A DNA stretch of 62,221 nt from Octopus bimaculoides (Eukaryota), in contig NC_069003.1 in NCBI RefSeq assembly GCF_001194135.2, positions 29,628,045 to 29,690,265 of the forward strand, given 5' to 3'. Of the stretch, positions 14,068 through 26,779 are shown in pieces; positions within the stretch are counted from its first letter, which is position 1; the number at the start of each line of letters is the position of its first letter. Under the pieces are notes generated by a model. It ran no database searches. It saw only the letters and a program-made list of their open reading frames with translations, and was not told the origin of the DNA. The position numbers and the translations under genes were made by a program.

Positions 14068-15223
14068 CATACATACATACATATATATGTTTGTTTGTAT
14101 ATATATATATATATTATTATTATTATTATTATTATTAATTTGCTGGTCTTGGTGGGCCATATCGGAAGTGGAAATCTATGTGGGTGTCTTTTCGGAACAT
14201 TGGTTTTAAAAAGCCACGTCAGATGCCATGATGGTGCTAAGGTGTAGGTACAGGAGGTTATCAAACTCTGCATAAGGAGTACACAACCACCATATNNNNN
14301 NNNNNNNNNNNNNNNNNNNNNNNNNNNNNNNNNNNNNNNNNNNNNNNNNNNNNNNNNNNNNNNNNNNNNNNNNNNNNNNNNNNNNNNNNNNNNNNNNNNN
14401 NNNNNNNNNNNNNNNNNNNNNNNNNNNNNNNNNNNNNNNNNNNNNNNNNNNNNNNNNNNNNNNNNNNNNNNNNNNNNNNNNNNNNNNNNNNNNNNNNNNN
14501 NNNNNNNNNNNNNNNNNNNNNNNNNNNNNNNNNNNNNNNNNNNNNNNNNNNNNNNNNNNNNNNNNNNNNNNNNNNNNNNNNNNNNNNNNNNNNNNNNNNN
14601 NNNNNNNNNNNNNNNNNNNNNNNNNNNNNNNNNNNNNNNNNNNNNNNNNNNNNNNNNNNNNNNNNNNNNNNNNNNNNNNNNNNNNNNNNNNNNNNNNNNN
14701 NNNNNNNNNNNNNNNNNNNNNNNNNNNNNNNNNNNNNNNNNNNNNNNNNNNNNNNNNNNNNNNNNNNNNNNNNNNNNNNNNNNNNNNNNNNNNNNNNNNN
14801 NNNNNNNNNNNNNNNNNNNNNNNNNNNNNNNNNNNNNNNNNNNNNNNNNNNNNNNNNNNNNNNNNNNNNNNNNNNNNNNNNNNNNNNNNNNNNNNNNNNN
14901 NNNNNNNNNNNNNNNNNNNNNNNNNNNNNNNNNNNNNNNNNNNNNNNNNNNNNNNNNNNNNNNNNNNNNNNNNNNNNNNNNNNNNNNNNNNNNNNNNNNN
15001 NNNNNNNNNNNNNNNNNNNNNNNNNNNNNNNNNNNNNNNNNNNNNNNNNNNNNNNNNNNNNNNNNNNNNNNNNNNNNNNNNNNNNNNNNNNNNNNNNNNN
15101 NNNNNNNNNNNNNNNNNNNNNNNNNNNNNNNNNNNNNNNNNNNNNNNNNNNNNNNNNNNNNNNNNNNNNNNNNNNNNNNNNNNNNNNNNNNNNNNNNNNN
15201 NNNNNNNNNNNNNNNNNNNNNNN

Positions 15224-15275
<52 letters not shown>

Positions 15276-15952
15276 GGTTCGCATACAGGGCAACGAAATA
15301 TTATTAGCGATTTTCACATAAATACATAACTATGATAATATATTTTAGCAACCAAATATATTTGATTGATATATTTTTGATTCAGATTGAAACCCCGTGA
15401 TGCACGTGTGAATGTGTGTGCACGTGTATGTGTGTGCCTCTGTGTGCGTGTCTGTGTGTCTGTGTGTCTGTGTGGCTGTGTGGCAGTGTGCGTGTGTTTT
15501 GTAGTAGTGTCTGCAATATAATATGTAACGAAGCCAATGTATCTCAGTATCCATATATATATCTGTGTGTGTGTGTGAGAGAGAGAGTGTGTGTGTGTGT
15601 GTATCAGTGACATATATTCAATTGATTTTGAGGCACCATATAATTTGGCATTTGAAGAATCTCATCGAATCTCCCAGTTCTTGTCATCCATTGTTAAATC
15701 TGAAATTGATAACTTTTCTGACAAGCGATGGCACTCTTAATCCAGTAACCCTGTCTAATGTTTGTTGTTGGTGCCGTCGTCGTTGGTCGACCATGACAAA
15801 GCAGAGATGAAAAACAAACCGCTTTACAGCAGTTTTTAATTATTCCGAAATTTGGGCTTCGACGTCTGATCTAGTTTTCAAGTATCTTTTGACAGCAGAG
15901 TCGCAGCGTTTTAAAAGGCAAATAACTCTTTCGATCTGTAGGATTTTATTAC

Positions 15953-16215
15953 TTCTCTGAAGCCACATGCCAGGCGAAATGCTGCCGCTACGTTCTAAGT
16001 TCAAATTCCAACGAGGTCGACTTTGCCTTTCATCCTTTCAGGGTCGATAAATTAAGTACCAGTTGAGTATTGGGGTCGATGTAATTTACTAGTCCTGTCC
16101 CAAAAATTTCAGGCCTTGTGTCTATAGTAGAAATAATTATTTCTCTGAAGCCACATGCCGGGCGAAATGCTGCCGCTACGTTCTGAATTCGAATTCCGCC
16201 GACGTCAACTTTGCT
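15953..16215 (+). mobile_element. SINE family C fragments, locally tandem-duplicated
   Basis: TTCTCTGAAGCCACATGCC(A/G)GGCGAAATGCTGCCGCTACGTTCT occurs at 15953 and 16141. Contains the core GGTCGACTTTGCCTTTCATCCTTTC. Confidence 0.7.
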
Positions 16216-17459
16216 GAGTTATTTCGCTGTTTGTTCCAAGAGCATGTTCCAGCTGAATGGCGCTTATTCATTGCTTCATCTAAGAGAGGCCTCAAGGCAG
16301 TACTACTACACAACGGCAATAAGAAACCATCCATTTCCCATAGGACATTCAGTGCACAAGAAGGAGTGTTATGAAAGCATGCAAGTACTCCTCAATGCCA
16401 TAAAGTATACAAACTACAGCTGAAAAATATATGGAGACTTGAAGGCAATTGGAATGTTGATGGGAATGCAATCTAGGTTCACGAAATATTGTTGCTTTTT
16501 ATGCCTATGGGACAGTCGTGCAACTAACAAGCACTGTGTGCAATTCGAGTGGCCTTTGCGAAAATCATATGAGCCAGGAGTTTCTAGCGTCCAGAGTAAG
16601 CCACTTTTAAACCCAGAAAATGTTCTTCTTCCCCCTCTTCACGTAAAGCTTGGCCTCATGAAACAATTCGTGAAGACACTTGCCCGGAAAAGCTCAAAAG
16701 GTTTTGAATATGTGAAGGCCAAATTTCTAAAAATCACCGAGGCAAAACTAAAGGAGGGCGTATTCATAGGTCCGCAGATAAAAGAACTCTTGAAGGACAA
16801 CGAATTCTTCACAGCACTGGATGAGATTGAGCTTAAAGCCTGGGAATCCTTCAAATGGCTCTGTGAAAATTTCCTAGGCAACAAGAAATCTCTCGAGTTT
16901 AGAAATGGAGTGAAATGTCTTCTAGACTCCTACGCTGCAATGGGCTGTCGGATGTCACTAAAAGTTCATTTCTTTGATTCACATCTGGACTTTTTTGCAG
17001 AGAACCTTGGAGCAGTGTCTGACGAGCAAGGGGAACGCTTTCATCAAGATATTGCATCGATGGAACAACGATATAAAGGATTTTGGAATGCAGGAAGGTT
17101 AGCTGACTACAGTTCGATGTTATACAGGGATGAACCTGAGACAAAACACCATAGAAAATCCAAATCCCAAAGATTTTATGTTGTTTTGCATTTGAGTGCA
17201 TTTTAACTTATTTGTACACGATAATGTTACCTTTGTACAATAAAAAGCCATGAAATTATCGTATCTTGTATTCAATATACTTCATATAGACATGCTTTAT
17301 GTATCCTATAAGTTAAAGCAGCAGGTATTATTAACATGAAAATGTGACCTGATAGAGGAAATCGGACTTCAGATTCGTAATCAGCATTAAAAATTAACCC
17401 AGAAAAGTCAATCAGCAACTCTAATGATTAAAAAAAACGTTTCATTTTGTTGACCAGTG
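16216..17459 (+). mobile_element. 5'-truncated Chapaev3-like (CMC) DNA transposon, pseudogenised transposase with right terminus
   Basis: WRLFIASSKRGLKAVLLHNGN (frameshift) PIGHSVH...YS*KIYGDLK...YCCFLCLWDSRA...LLPPLHVKLGLMKQFVK...SDEQGERFHQDI. Ends ...TTGACCAGTG followed by TTA (TWA-type TSD). Family assignment from recall. Confidence 0.75.
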
Positions 17460-17724
17460 TTATTTGTGCAGGTAGGACGGCAAAATCTCGTGTGAATGAG
17501 ATTCTGTGTCTGTTTGTCGGTGTACGCTTGTGTTGACATGATTCTTTATATTGAAACCGACTGAGACTGATAAATTAATTCCCAATGGGGAATATGTTCT
17601 AGGATCGATATAGTTGACTACAACCTTTCTATGATCGAAATCGATGAAAGGAATTAATTAATGTGTTGTTTTACTTTAAAATATTGATTTACAACGACGA
17701 GTTGAGCCGATAGAGAAAACGATG

Positions 17725-17825
17725 GCTGCTGCTGCTGCTGCTGCTGTTGTTGTTGCTGTTGTTGTTGTTGTTGTTGTCGTCGTCGTCGTCCTTGTCGTCA
17801 TCGTCATCGTTGTCGCTGCTGTCGT
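17725..17825. repeat. Compound (GCT)/(GTT)/(GTC) microsatellite
   Basis: Seen directly. Confidence 0.9.
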
Positions 17826-17984
17826 TTAAATCAATTTTCATCGATCGGATCTATGATCAAATATGATCCAACGGTGACTAACTCATCTTTAAGTAAATGA
17901 ATGACTACATTGTTTATTGCATCATTTAAGACGATTAGGTTTTAAAGAAAGAGTGGTTTGACTGCTATTTTTAAGAGCTCGAGA

Positions 17985-18153
17985 GTAGGAGTGGCTGTGT
18001 GGTAAATAGCTAGCTTACCAACCACATAGTTCCGGGTTCGTTCCCACTGCGTGGCACCTTGGGCAAGTGGGTTCTACTATAGCCTCGGGCCGACCAAAGC
18101 CTTGTGAGTGGATTTGGTAGACGGAAACTGAAAAGAAGCCCGTCGTATATATG

Positions 18154-18235
<82 letters not shown>

Positions 18236-18445
18236 TGTGTCTGTGTTTGTCCTCCTAGCATTGCTTGACAACCGATGCTGGTGTGTTTATGTCCCCGTCA
18301 CTTAGCGGTTCGGCAAAAAGTGACCGATAGAATAAGTACTAGGCTTACAAAGAATATGTCCTGGGGTCGATTTGCTCGACTAAAGGCGGTGCTCCAGCAT
18401 GGCCACAGTCAAAAGAGTGAAACAAGTAAAAGAGAGAAAGAGAAA
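17985..18445 (+). mobile_element. SINE family A, full length (tRNA-like head, internal (TA)/(GT)n, ...CAGCATGGCCACAGTC tail)
   Basis: A-box-like TGGCTGTGTGGTAA and B-box-like GGTTCGTTCCC; high identity to 46802-47223. Confidence 0.85.
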
Positions 18446-18544
18446 GAGAGAGAGAGACAGCATAGAGCTGCGTTTCCCAGCCCGGGATCCTCTGTTCTTT
18501 AGAGCGTGGATGAGGAAATCGAAAACAAAAATGTAAAGCTACCA

Positions 18545-18785
18545 TCCCGAATCAGGCCAACTCTTAATGGCTGGTTTTCCGGTTTCCTTGGTGTTTATAT
18601 TCCCCACTTGGACAGGACACCGATCTGTCGCAGGATTTCTCATTTTTGCCAGCTGTGCGGACAGGAACAACGTGAAATGAAGCATTTTTCTCAAGAACAC
18701 AATGCGTCACCCGGTCCAGGAATCGAAACCACAATCTTACGATCATGAGTCCAACACCCTAACCACTAAGCCACGTTCCTTCGTT
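18545..18785 (-). mobile_element. SINE family D (tRNA head + CORE-like domain)
   Basis: - strand reads GTGGCTTAGTGGTTAGGGTGTTGGACTCATGATCGTAAGATTGTGGTTTCGATTCCTGGACC, then a CORE-like ...TTCATTTCACGTTG...CAGCTGGCAAAAATGAG. Confidence 0.7.
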
Positions 18786-19410
18786 GAGGAAGGCGGCGGA
18801 GCGGGGATCTTCAAATATAGGAACTTGAGGTTACGTGATCTATGTCGAAACTTTTAAAAGCTAAATGGCGTAATTCAGTCACAGACAAACTGTGCCCCGT
18901 GAAGCATTCTGACGAAAAGTTACCTTGAATTCTTTTTTCGTAGTGCGGCTCGCCTATTGATGAGCCATGTTTCATGCGGCCCGCTTCTTGAAATGGAGTA
19001 GTAAAGAGACCATAAACTGAGTCCAAACTTTTAAAATGCTAAACTATGAAGCCTGTATACTTGATGCGTTACATTTAATTAGTCAGTCACATGTAACTGA
19101 TATTTAGAGATCAAACTGAGATTACAAGTCTATTGTTAGTAAATTCGTCGTATATATTATTCAAGTCATGCAGAAGATTGGACCTTGTAGTAGAATTGAT
19201 TTAAAAAGCAGACGACATCCTCGGTGGTCAAAATGCTGGTAGCCTCTGTGACAGAGGCTCTCATCGCTGGTTAAAAATCTCCTAATTTTACGGCTGTTTC
19301 TTTCACTGTCAACCGTCACTTGGCGAGTGATTATAGCTTGGTAACATCCATCATGCGTTCAGTAATTGTATTAATTTTGAAGCAGACATATACCCACACT
19401 TGGTCTAACA

Positions 19411-19776
19411 CAGTGATTCCCAACGTGGAGCCTAAGAAAAATTATGGTGGGGCGTGGTGCCGTAGTCGCCAAGCACCAGGTTCTCGTTAAAACGGTTCAC
19501 TTTTTTTTTTCTTAATCAATAATGTACTTAAAAGAGTAACAAGTAGATTCTTTGGTATTTAGAATAAGTACTAGGCTTACAAAGAATAAGTCCCGGGGTC
19601 GATTTGCTCGACTAAAGGCGGTGCTCCAGCATGGCCGCAGTCAAATCACTGAAACAAATAAAAGAATAAAAGAGTAAAATATCAAAAATAAAGTTTTTTT
19701 CCAAACACCAGTGGCGCATATGTCTTTCTGGAATATTATAGTAGGACCAAGGGCGAAAATAGTTTGGGAAACACTG
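19411..19776. mobile_element. hAT MITE interrupted by a 5'-truncated family A SINE (~19561-19680)
   Basis: TIRs CAGTGATTCCCAAC / GTTTGGGAAACACTG; TCTA-centred 8-bp flanks GTCTAACA / ATCTAGCG. Confidence 0.6.
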
Positions 19777-19849
19777 ATCTAGCGGAACATCTAAGACGTG
19801 ACGGATGGCTGTACCAGCATCCAGTTGATAATTACAGCTGATGGAGCAA

Positions 19850-20075
19850 CGAGCTGGCAGAATTGTTAACACACCGGGCTGAATACTAAGCGGAATTTCT
19901 TCCGCTTTTACGTTCTAAGTTCAAATTCCGCAGAGGTCGGCTTTGCTTTTCATCCTTTCGGGATCGATGAAATCGATAAAATAAGTTGAGCACTGGGGGT
20001 GAGGGTGGGGGTCGATGTAATCAACTTAACCCCTCCACGGAAATTGCTGGCCTTGTGCCAAAATTTGAGACCATT
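19850..20075 (+). mobile_element. SINE family C
   Basis: GAGCTGGCAGAAT head and GGTCGGCTTTGCTTTTCATCCTTTCGGG core, as in the other copies. Confidence 0.75.
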
Positions 20076-20639
20076 AATTACAACTGAATAGACTGAAGTA
20101 AAATTAAATAAAGGGATTTGCTCAAGTCACAACGTTACTCACGACACGAAACCGTCTTCATTATGTTCATATGCTGCATGCCTTAACCACTAAACCACAA
20201 GCATTCAAAGACAAAAAAGCGTTAAAAATATGCAAAAATACAAAATTGACTAGTACGGACTTGGAACCGTACTGTAGTATGCTACATCATTTATTTCACG
20301 GCACAAATTTAATCAGATAAATATCTCATTATTGATAATGACATAAACACCTAATTACTGCGATTAATCTAAGCTTTCTATTGTTTACCATTCTTCATTA
20401 GAAAAGCAGAGACTTTCTATAACAAGGAACATATTTTACTATTTTACTATACGATATTAAAAAAAAAAAATCTGTGTTACAATCTAGCTACAATCGGGAG
20501 TTACTTCCCCTGATGATTTCAGGAACAAGGAATTGGCTCCCATGGATTATTCGTAATTACAGTTCCTATACGATTGTATATCTTTCAGGTCTGTGTATTC
20601 ATCTCCAAGGAATATATAATTATATATGCATAAATATAA

Positions 20640-20752
20640 CTATATCTATCTAGCTAGCTAACTAGCTAGCTATTTCTCTATCTGTCTGTCTATCTATCTA
20701 TCCATCTATCGATCTATCTATCTTCTATCTATCTGGTTATCTATCAATCTGT

Positions 20753-20817
<65 letters not shown>

Positions 20818-20990
20818 GTCTGTCTGTCTGTCTCTCTGTCTGTCTCTCTGTCTACTTATCTATCTATCTATCTATCTATTTATCTAATCCATCTATTTAT
20901 CTGTTTGTCTGCCTATCTTTATATCTGTCTATCTGTCTGTTGTCTATCTATCTATCTATCTCTCTGTCACTCTGTTTGTTTGTCTGCCGG

Positions 20991-21036
<46 letters not shown>

Positions 21037-21120
21037 GTCTGTCTGTCTGTCTACTTATCTCTCTGTCACTCTGTCTGCTTGTCTGCCCGTCTATCTATCT
21101 ATCTATCTATCTATCTGTTT
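20640..21120. repeat. Compound (TCTA)/(TCTG)n microsatellite
   Basis: Seen directly. Confidence 0.9.
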
Positions 21121-21749
21121 TTATATACGTATATATACGTAACGTATGTAGTTTAATGCACACACTCTCATCTACCCACGTATGCATATCTATACTCTTT
21201 CACAACTATGTACACGAGATGTTTCCGCCATGCACGTCGATCCCACAAGCACATACATTACATATGCATGCAAGAGTTCACTTGCAAATACACACACACA
21301 CATGCACACACTCCTATATTTATTCATTCATGCATAAACGCAAGCCAAAGTCACATCAATATATGCCAGCATATAATTAGCTATATAAACAAAGGCGGAG
21401 CGGTATAGCGTAAAAAAAAAACGTATTTTTAGCGTAAGGGAGATGAGTCGGATAAAAATTTAATGCGTTTTTCGTTGTGTTTTGTCAAGTATGATACCTC
21501 ATAGTGAGCAAAACATATCAAATATTGAGAATCTCTTAATAGAGTGGCTCAATGTGTTGATGAGGTGAAGCATGGGCTTGTTGGGAATGTAGCGGTGAAC
21601 ACTTGGTTTCTGTAAGTAGATCGTCAGTTAGTTTCACAAGTATACAGGTCACGCATGAGATTGTATATCATATATATATAATGATTTTAATGGGATATAT
21701 TAATCCTGGCGGTTACCATGTTTTCTCTTAAGTCAGTTTCAGATGCCGG

Positions 21750-21960
21750 CTAACTACAACTGTCCTTTTGTGGTACCGGAGCTAACAATACATTGCTAGG
21801 TTCTAGTAAATTTTCTCGCTGAGTAAATCCAAGTTTCCTGTTCAGGAGTGAATATTTTCCATGGTGTAAGTAATAATATTCATAATGATAAAGAGAACGG
21901 AGATTTTTCAAGAATACACATCCAAGGTAATTTTTCATGTATGTAACGTGTCAGCTGAAA
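21750..21960 (-). pseudogene. Possible highly decayed Chapaev3-like transposase fragment
   Basis: ISADTL...YMKNYLGCVFLKNLRSLYHY...NLLEPSNVLLAPVPQK loosely parallels IYGDLK...FTKYCCFLCLWDSRA...PLLNPENVLLPPLHVK of the 16.2-17.2 kb copy. Confidence 0.3.
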
Positions 21961-23127
21961 TACTGAGGACAATGTAATCGACTAACTTCCTCCCCTGACA
22001 TTGCCAGCCTTGTGCCAAAGTTTGAAACCAGTATAGTTCCTCGAAACAATTTCTATCATAAAGATACATAATATCAGTAACCTATTGTGTCCATAATTGT
22101 GTGTGCTAGCCGCAATATCAATAAAATCACACTTAATCTAACCGGATTTATTATTATTATACTGAACTTCATTGTTACTTTATCTCATTTTGTATCTACT
22201 ACACAGAAGCACTAGTTCTTTTCATCTTCAATTTCATTATCCTTCTTCTTCACATTTATCAACTTCCATTGTGATTATCATCCTTATTTTCCTTTTTATG
22301 TTTCCCCATTTCTCTCTTTTTATCCTTTTACCATTTTCCATTCATTTTTATTATTCTACGTCCCACCCCCACCCCCTCGATTTCCCCTTTTATTTTTCCC
22401 ATTTTCCAAGCTTTTCTTCATAGAACTGACCTCTTTTTACAGAAACTCCCTTCCCTCTTCTACTCAACGACCCTCCCGATTTTATCATCTCCTCTTTGTG
22501 TGTCAAACACCTTACTCTTCAATTCCCTATTCTCTGGTCTACTCTCTCGCTTTTCTCCATCCTTTTATCGCATCAATTATCTTCTCCCATACTGCTCACT
22601 TGTAGAGATATTGTGTCTCATTTCGTCTCATTTTCCCTTCGTGCTTTCTTCCACTTCTCTATTCTCACCTTTTTCTTTCCTCCTCCCTCTTTATGTGTTA
22701 AGATAGCTTTTGGCGTTAACATTATACTCCTTCATCTCTCCTGTCTCTTTTTTCCCTCACTCTCACCCTCCTCTCTCTTTCTCCCCTCTCTCTCCCTTCT
22801 CTTTCAGTTGTATAGTCTCAAGCTTTCTTGCTTGCTTCCCTTCCTTACACACACGTATGCACTCACATATATGTGTATATATGCATACACACATATTCAC
22901 ATACATGCATACATGCAGACATACATATATACGCGCGCGTGCGTGTACGTATGTGGTGTGTGTGTGTGGCTGTTGGTGTGAAAGCATGTGCCATCGTGTT
23001 TAGAGTGTTGTACACACGATCACACAACCATAGTTTCGGATTACAGGTAAGTTTCGGATTACAGGTGAATTTCGGATTACAGAGAAAAAGGTAAATAAAT
23101 AAATAAATAAATAAATAGCTATATACT

Positions 23128-23167
<40 letters not shown>

Positions 23168-24382
23168 AGTAAAAATAAATACAAAAAAGGTGGGGTTTTT
23201 TGTATGATTGTGTATAGAGGAATATATTATTTTGCTTAAAAGAGTTCCAACACTGTCTGTTTTTTATGTTTTATTTATATTCCTGCAGAACTAATGTGGG
23301 GTATAGAATATGGAATATACAATATATAATANNNNNNNNNNNNNNNNNNNNNNNNNNNNNNNNNNNNNNNNNNNNNNNNNNNNNNNNNNNNNNNNNNNNN
23401 NNNNNNNNNNNNNNNNNNNNNNNNNNNNNNNNNNNNNNNNNNNNNNNNNNNNNNNNNNNNNNNNNNNNNNNNNNNNNNNNNNNNNNNNNNNNNNNNNNNN
23501 NNNNNNNNNNNNNNNNNNNNNNNNNNNNNNNNNNNNNNNNNNNNNNNNNNNNNNNNNNNNNNNNNNNNNNNNNNNNNNNNNNNNNNNNNNNNNNNNNNNN
23601 NNNNNNNNNNNNNNNNNNNNNNNNNNNNNNNNNNNNNNNNNNNNNNNNNNNNNNNNNNNNNNNNNNNNNNNNNNNNNNNNNNNNNNNNNNNNNNNNNNNN
23701 NNNNNNNNNNNNNNNNNNNNNNNNNNNNNNNNNNNNNNNNNNNNNNNNNNNNNNNNNNNNNNNNNNNNNNNNNNNNNNNNNNNNNNNNNNNNNNNNNNNN
23801 NNNNNNNNNNNNNNNNNNNNNNNNNNNNNNNNNNNNNNNNNNNNNNNNNNNNNNNNNNNNNNNNNNNNNNNNNNNNNNNNNNNNNNNNNNNNNNNNNNNN
23901 NNNNNNNNNNNNNNNNNNNNNNNNNNNNNNNNNNNNNNNNNNNNNNNNNNNNNNNNNNNNNNNNNNNNNNNNNNNNNNNNNNNNNNNNNNNNNNNNNNNN
24001 NNNNNNNNNNNNNNNNNNNNNNNNNNNNNNNNNNNNNNNNNNNNNNNNNNNNNNNNNNNNNNNNNNNNNNNNNNNNNNNNNNNNNNNNNNNNNNNNNNNN
24101 NNNNNNNNNNNNNNNNNNNNNNNNNNNNNNNNNNNNNNNNNNNNNNNNNNNNNNNNNNNNNNNNNNNNNNNNNNNNNNNNNNNNNNNNNNNNNNNNNNNN
24201 NNNNNNNNNNNNATATATATATATATATATAAAGGAGAACACTAGGTGGACTGTTAATGTGCTAGAAGAAGATCACATGTAATGCGTCTACTGAGACCGA
24301 ATTGTTCTTGAAGAAAATTCAGCGAAGCAACAAAACGTATACGGGCAAGACAAGTGAAAATTATATAAATACATATAATGTT

Positions 24383-24448
24383 ATCCGCAAACCAGTTTCG
24401 AAATCAATATTTCCTTACCGAAAATATCTGTTTCTCATCAGTACGGAC
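24383..24448 (-). ncRNA. Minimal type I hammerhead ribozyme motif
   Basis: GUCCGUA-CUGAUGA-[GAAA...UUUC stem II with G-C closure]-GAAA-C-UG-G-U-U-UGCGGAU. Stem I has 7 bp and the core is in exact register. Confidence 0.75.
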
Positions 24449-25539
24449 TGCCAAATAAATATAATTCCCAGAATCGTATACTAGTTGTTCCCCACAAATG
24501 AAGAACGTGCACATGGTTCTGTTAATTATATTTATGGTAAGATTCAAAAGTCTTAACGATGTATACATATATTTTTTTGTTGAATGGAAGATACCGTCCG
24601 AGTTTCGTCCCGCTTCGTTCTTACTATATGGATAAGATATTCACCCGATAAAATCAGTATCTAATTCAAAATAATTACCTAAACATCCTTGAGAACTGTG
24701 CTCCAGCATGAACCTCATGAATAAATGTGTGAAATACAACTGATAAACTCTCTTTGTGACACCCTCCACTCGACAATTAGTAAGATTCATATGAATAATA
24801 AATTATATCAATTAAATATAGAGTATCACCTGTGAATCCCTGAGATGCAATTATCAAACAAAAAATGCAGAAACAGCGTAGTGAATATATTCCACACCCC
24901 AACATTTAATATTTAGCTATTGCTAAAGAATTTTTCTAGAATCTTCTTTAAATATAAGTTTGGATAGTTATCTCTGTTTTAAAAACAGATATCTCACTTC
25001 CGCATTTTATTACACATAAAAATTTATTGATTTATGAAATTAATAGATTTTTTTTAACATTTAGCTTGTTTGTTTGGTTGTTTTGTTGGGTTGTTTTTTT
25101 TAAGTCAAGATTCTTTTTAAAATATAATTTCATCCATTGAATCACTTTCAAGAAATCAATAAGTTATAAATTATTGTCAAACACAAAACGGTTCAACGTC
25201 ATTTTTTTTTTTAATAATTGGTTTGTTTGTTTGTTTGTTTAATTTTTGGTTTGATATTTTACTTCTTTTTAATTGTGTTAATATCTTATAATTCCATAAA
25301 AATTACAGTCTATAAATCGTTGATTTCCGGTGTGTTATTGATGTTCAAATGCATTATAATTTAATGTAATTTTCTTTGGCATTTTCTTCATAATATCGAT
25401 ATATTTGTTGAAAGTGAGCTCAGGCCTAGTGCTGATTAAAATGACATATGATCATAAATAATCCATCCGTGACTAACCTGGGTTTTTATTCAGATGTAGC
25501 GCAGGGTCCAATGTTTTTTCTTGTTGTTTTTTTACACAT

Positions 25540-25744
25540 TTCAATCATTTCACCGCGGCCATACTGGGGCAAGGCCTTAAAGGATTTTAGTCGAACAATT
25601 CGACCCCAGGTCTGTCTTTAAAGCCTAGTACTTATTATATCAATTCTTTTGCCGAACCGCTAGTGTAACAGGGACGTAAACACACCAACACCGGTTGTCC
25701 AGTAGTGGTGGATGACAAACATAGACACAAAGACACATATGCAT

Positions 25745-25783
<39 letters not shown>

Positions 25784-25955
25784 AATATATACGATAGGCT
25801 TCTTTCGGTTTCCGTCTACCAAATCCACTCACAAGGCTTTAGTTTGCCCGACGCTATAATAGAAGACACTTGCCTAAGGTGCCACACAGTGGGGCTGAAC
25901 CTGGAATCATGTGGTTGGGAAGCAAGCTTCTTACCACACAGCCACGCCTGCGCCA
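25540..25955 (-). mobile_element. SINE family A, diverged
   Basis: Reverse complement of the family A head, internal microsatellite and tail. Confidence 0.75.
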
Positions 25956-26454
25956 GGAAGTACTACCTATTTCTATAAACATTCCGGATAACGTTTAGAT
26001 ATTTTTCCTCTTAATCCGCATTTTGCGTCCATAGCACTCTAATGGTTAAATTTGTGTTTGAAAGTACTTTTGAATGAAAACTGAAAATTACTCAGAAACT
26101 ATGTTCCGTATTTCTCAATATTGAAAACAGAACAGAAATTTGTTTTTATTTATTGATCCTTGAACACTTTTATGATTTATTTTATTGAAGTATTGACCAG
26201 CTGTTATCTCTGTACAGTCAATAAGTGTCTGTATGTGTGTGTTTTCACACTTTTTTTCGTTTTCCTCCTCATTTTCTTCATACTGCTGTAACTCTCTGTT
26301 CCTTTTATCATTCTTCCCGTCTAGCATAGACATTCATCTATTCACGTCTACTTCTCTTTAACTTCCTTATATTCTTATTACATTTACTCAGCTACATGCA
26401 TATTCATATAATATTTTCTTCTTCACTTTCAGACAACTCAATTATAAATATGTT

Positions 26455-26779
26455 GTTGGCACTCCGTCGCTTACGACGTCGAGAGTTCCAGTTGATCCGA
26501 TCAACGGAACCCTCGTGAAAGTAACGTGCTCGTGAAATTAACGTGCAAGTGGCTGAGCATTCCACAGACACGTGTGCCCTTAATGTAGTTCTCGGGGGAT
26601 ATTCAGCGTGACACAGTGTGACAAGGCTGACCCTTTGAATTACAGGCACAACAGAAACAAGAAGTAAGAGTGAGCGAAAGTTGTGGTGAAAGAGTACAGC
26701 AGGGTTCGCCACCATCCCCTGCCGGAGCCTCGTGGAGCTTTAGGTATTTTCGCTCAATAAACACTCACAACGCCCGGTC
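26455..26779 (-). mobile_element. SINE family B (tRNA-Arg-like head family), head lost in gap
   Basis: Reverse complement of the 34805-35265 body and tail. Confidence 0.85.

Noticed and set aside
22170-22860. Hydrophobic 'membrane-like' ORFs in pyrimidine-rich tracts (also 52187-52540)
   Set aside because: Low-complexity CT-rich sequence translating to F/L/S.
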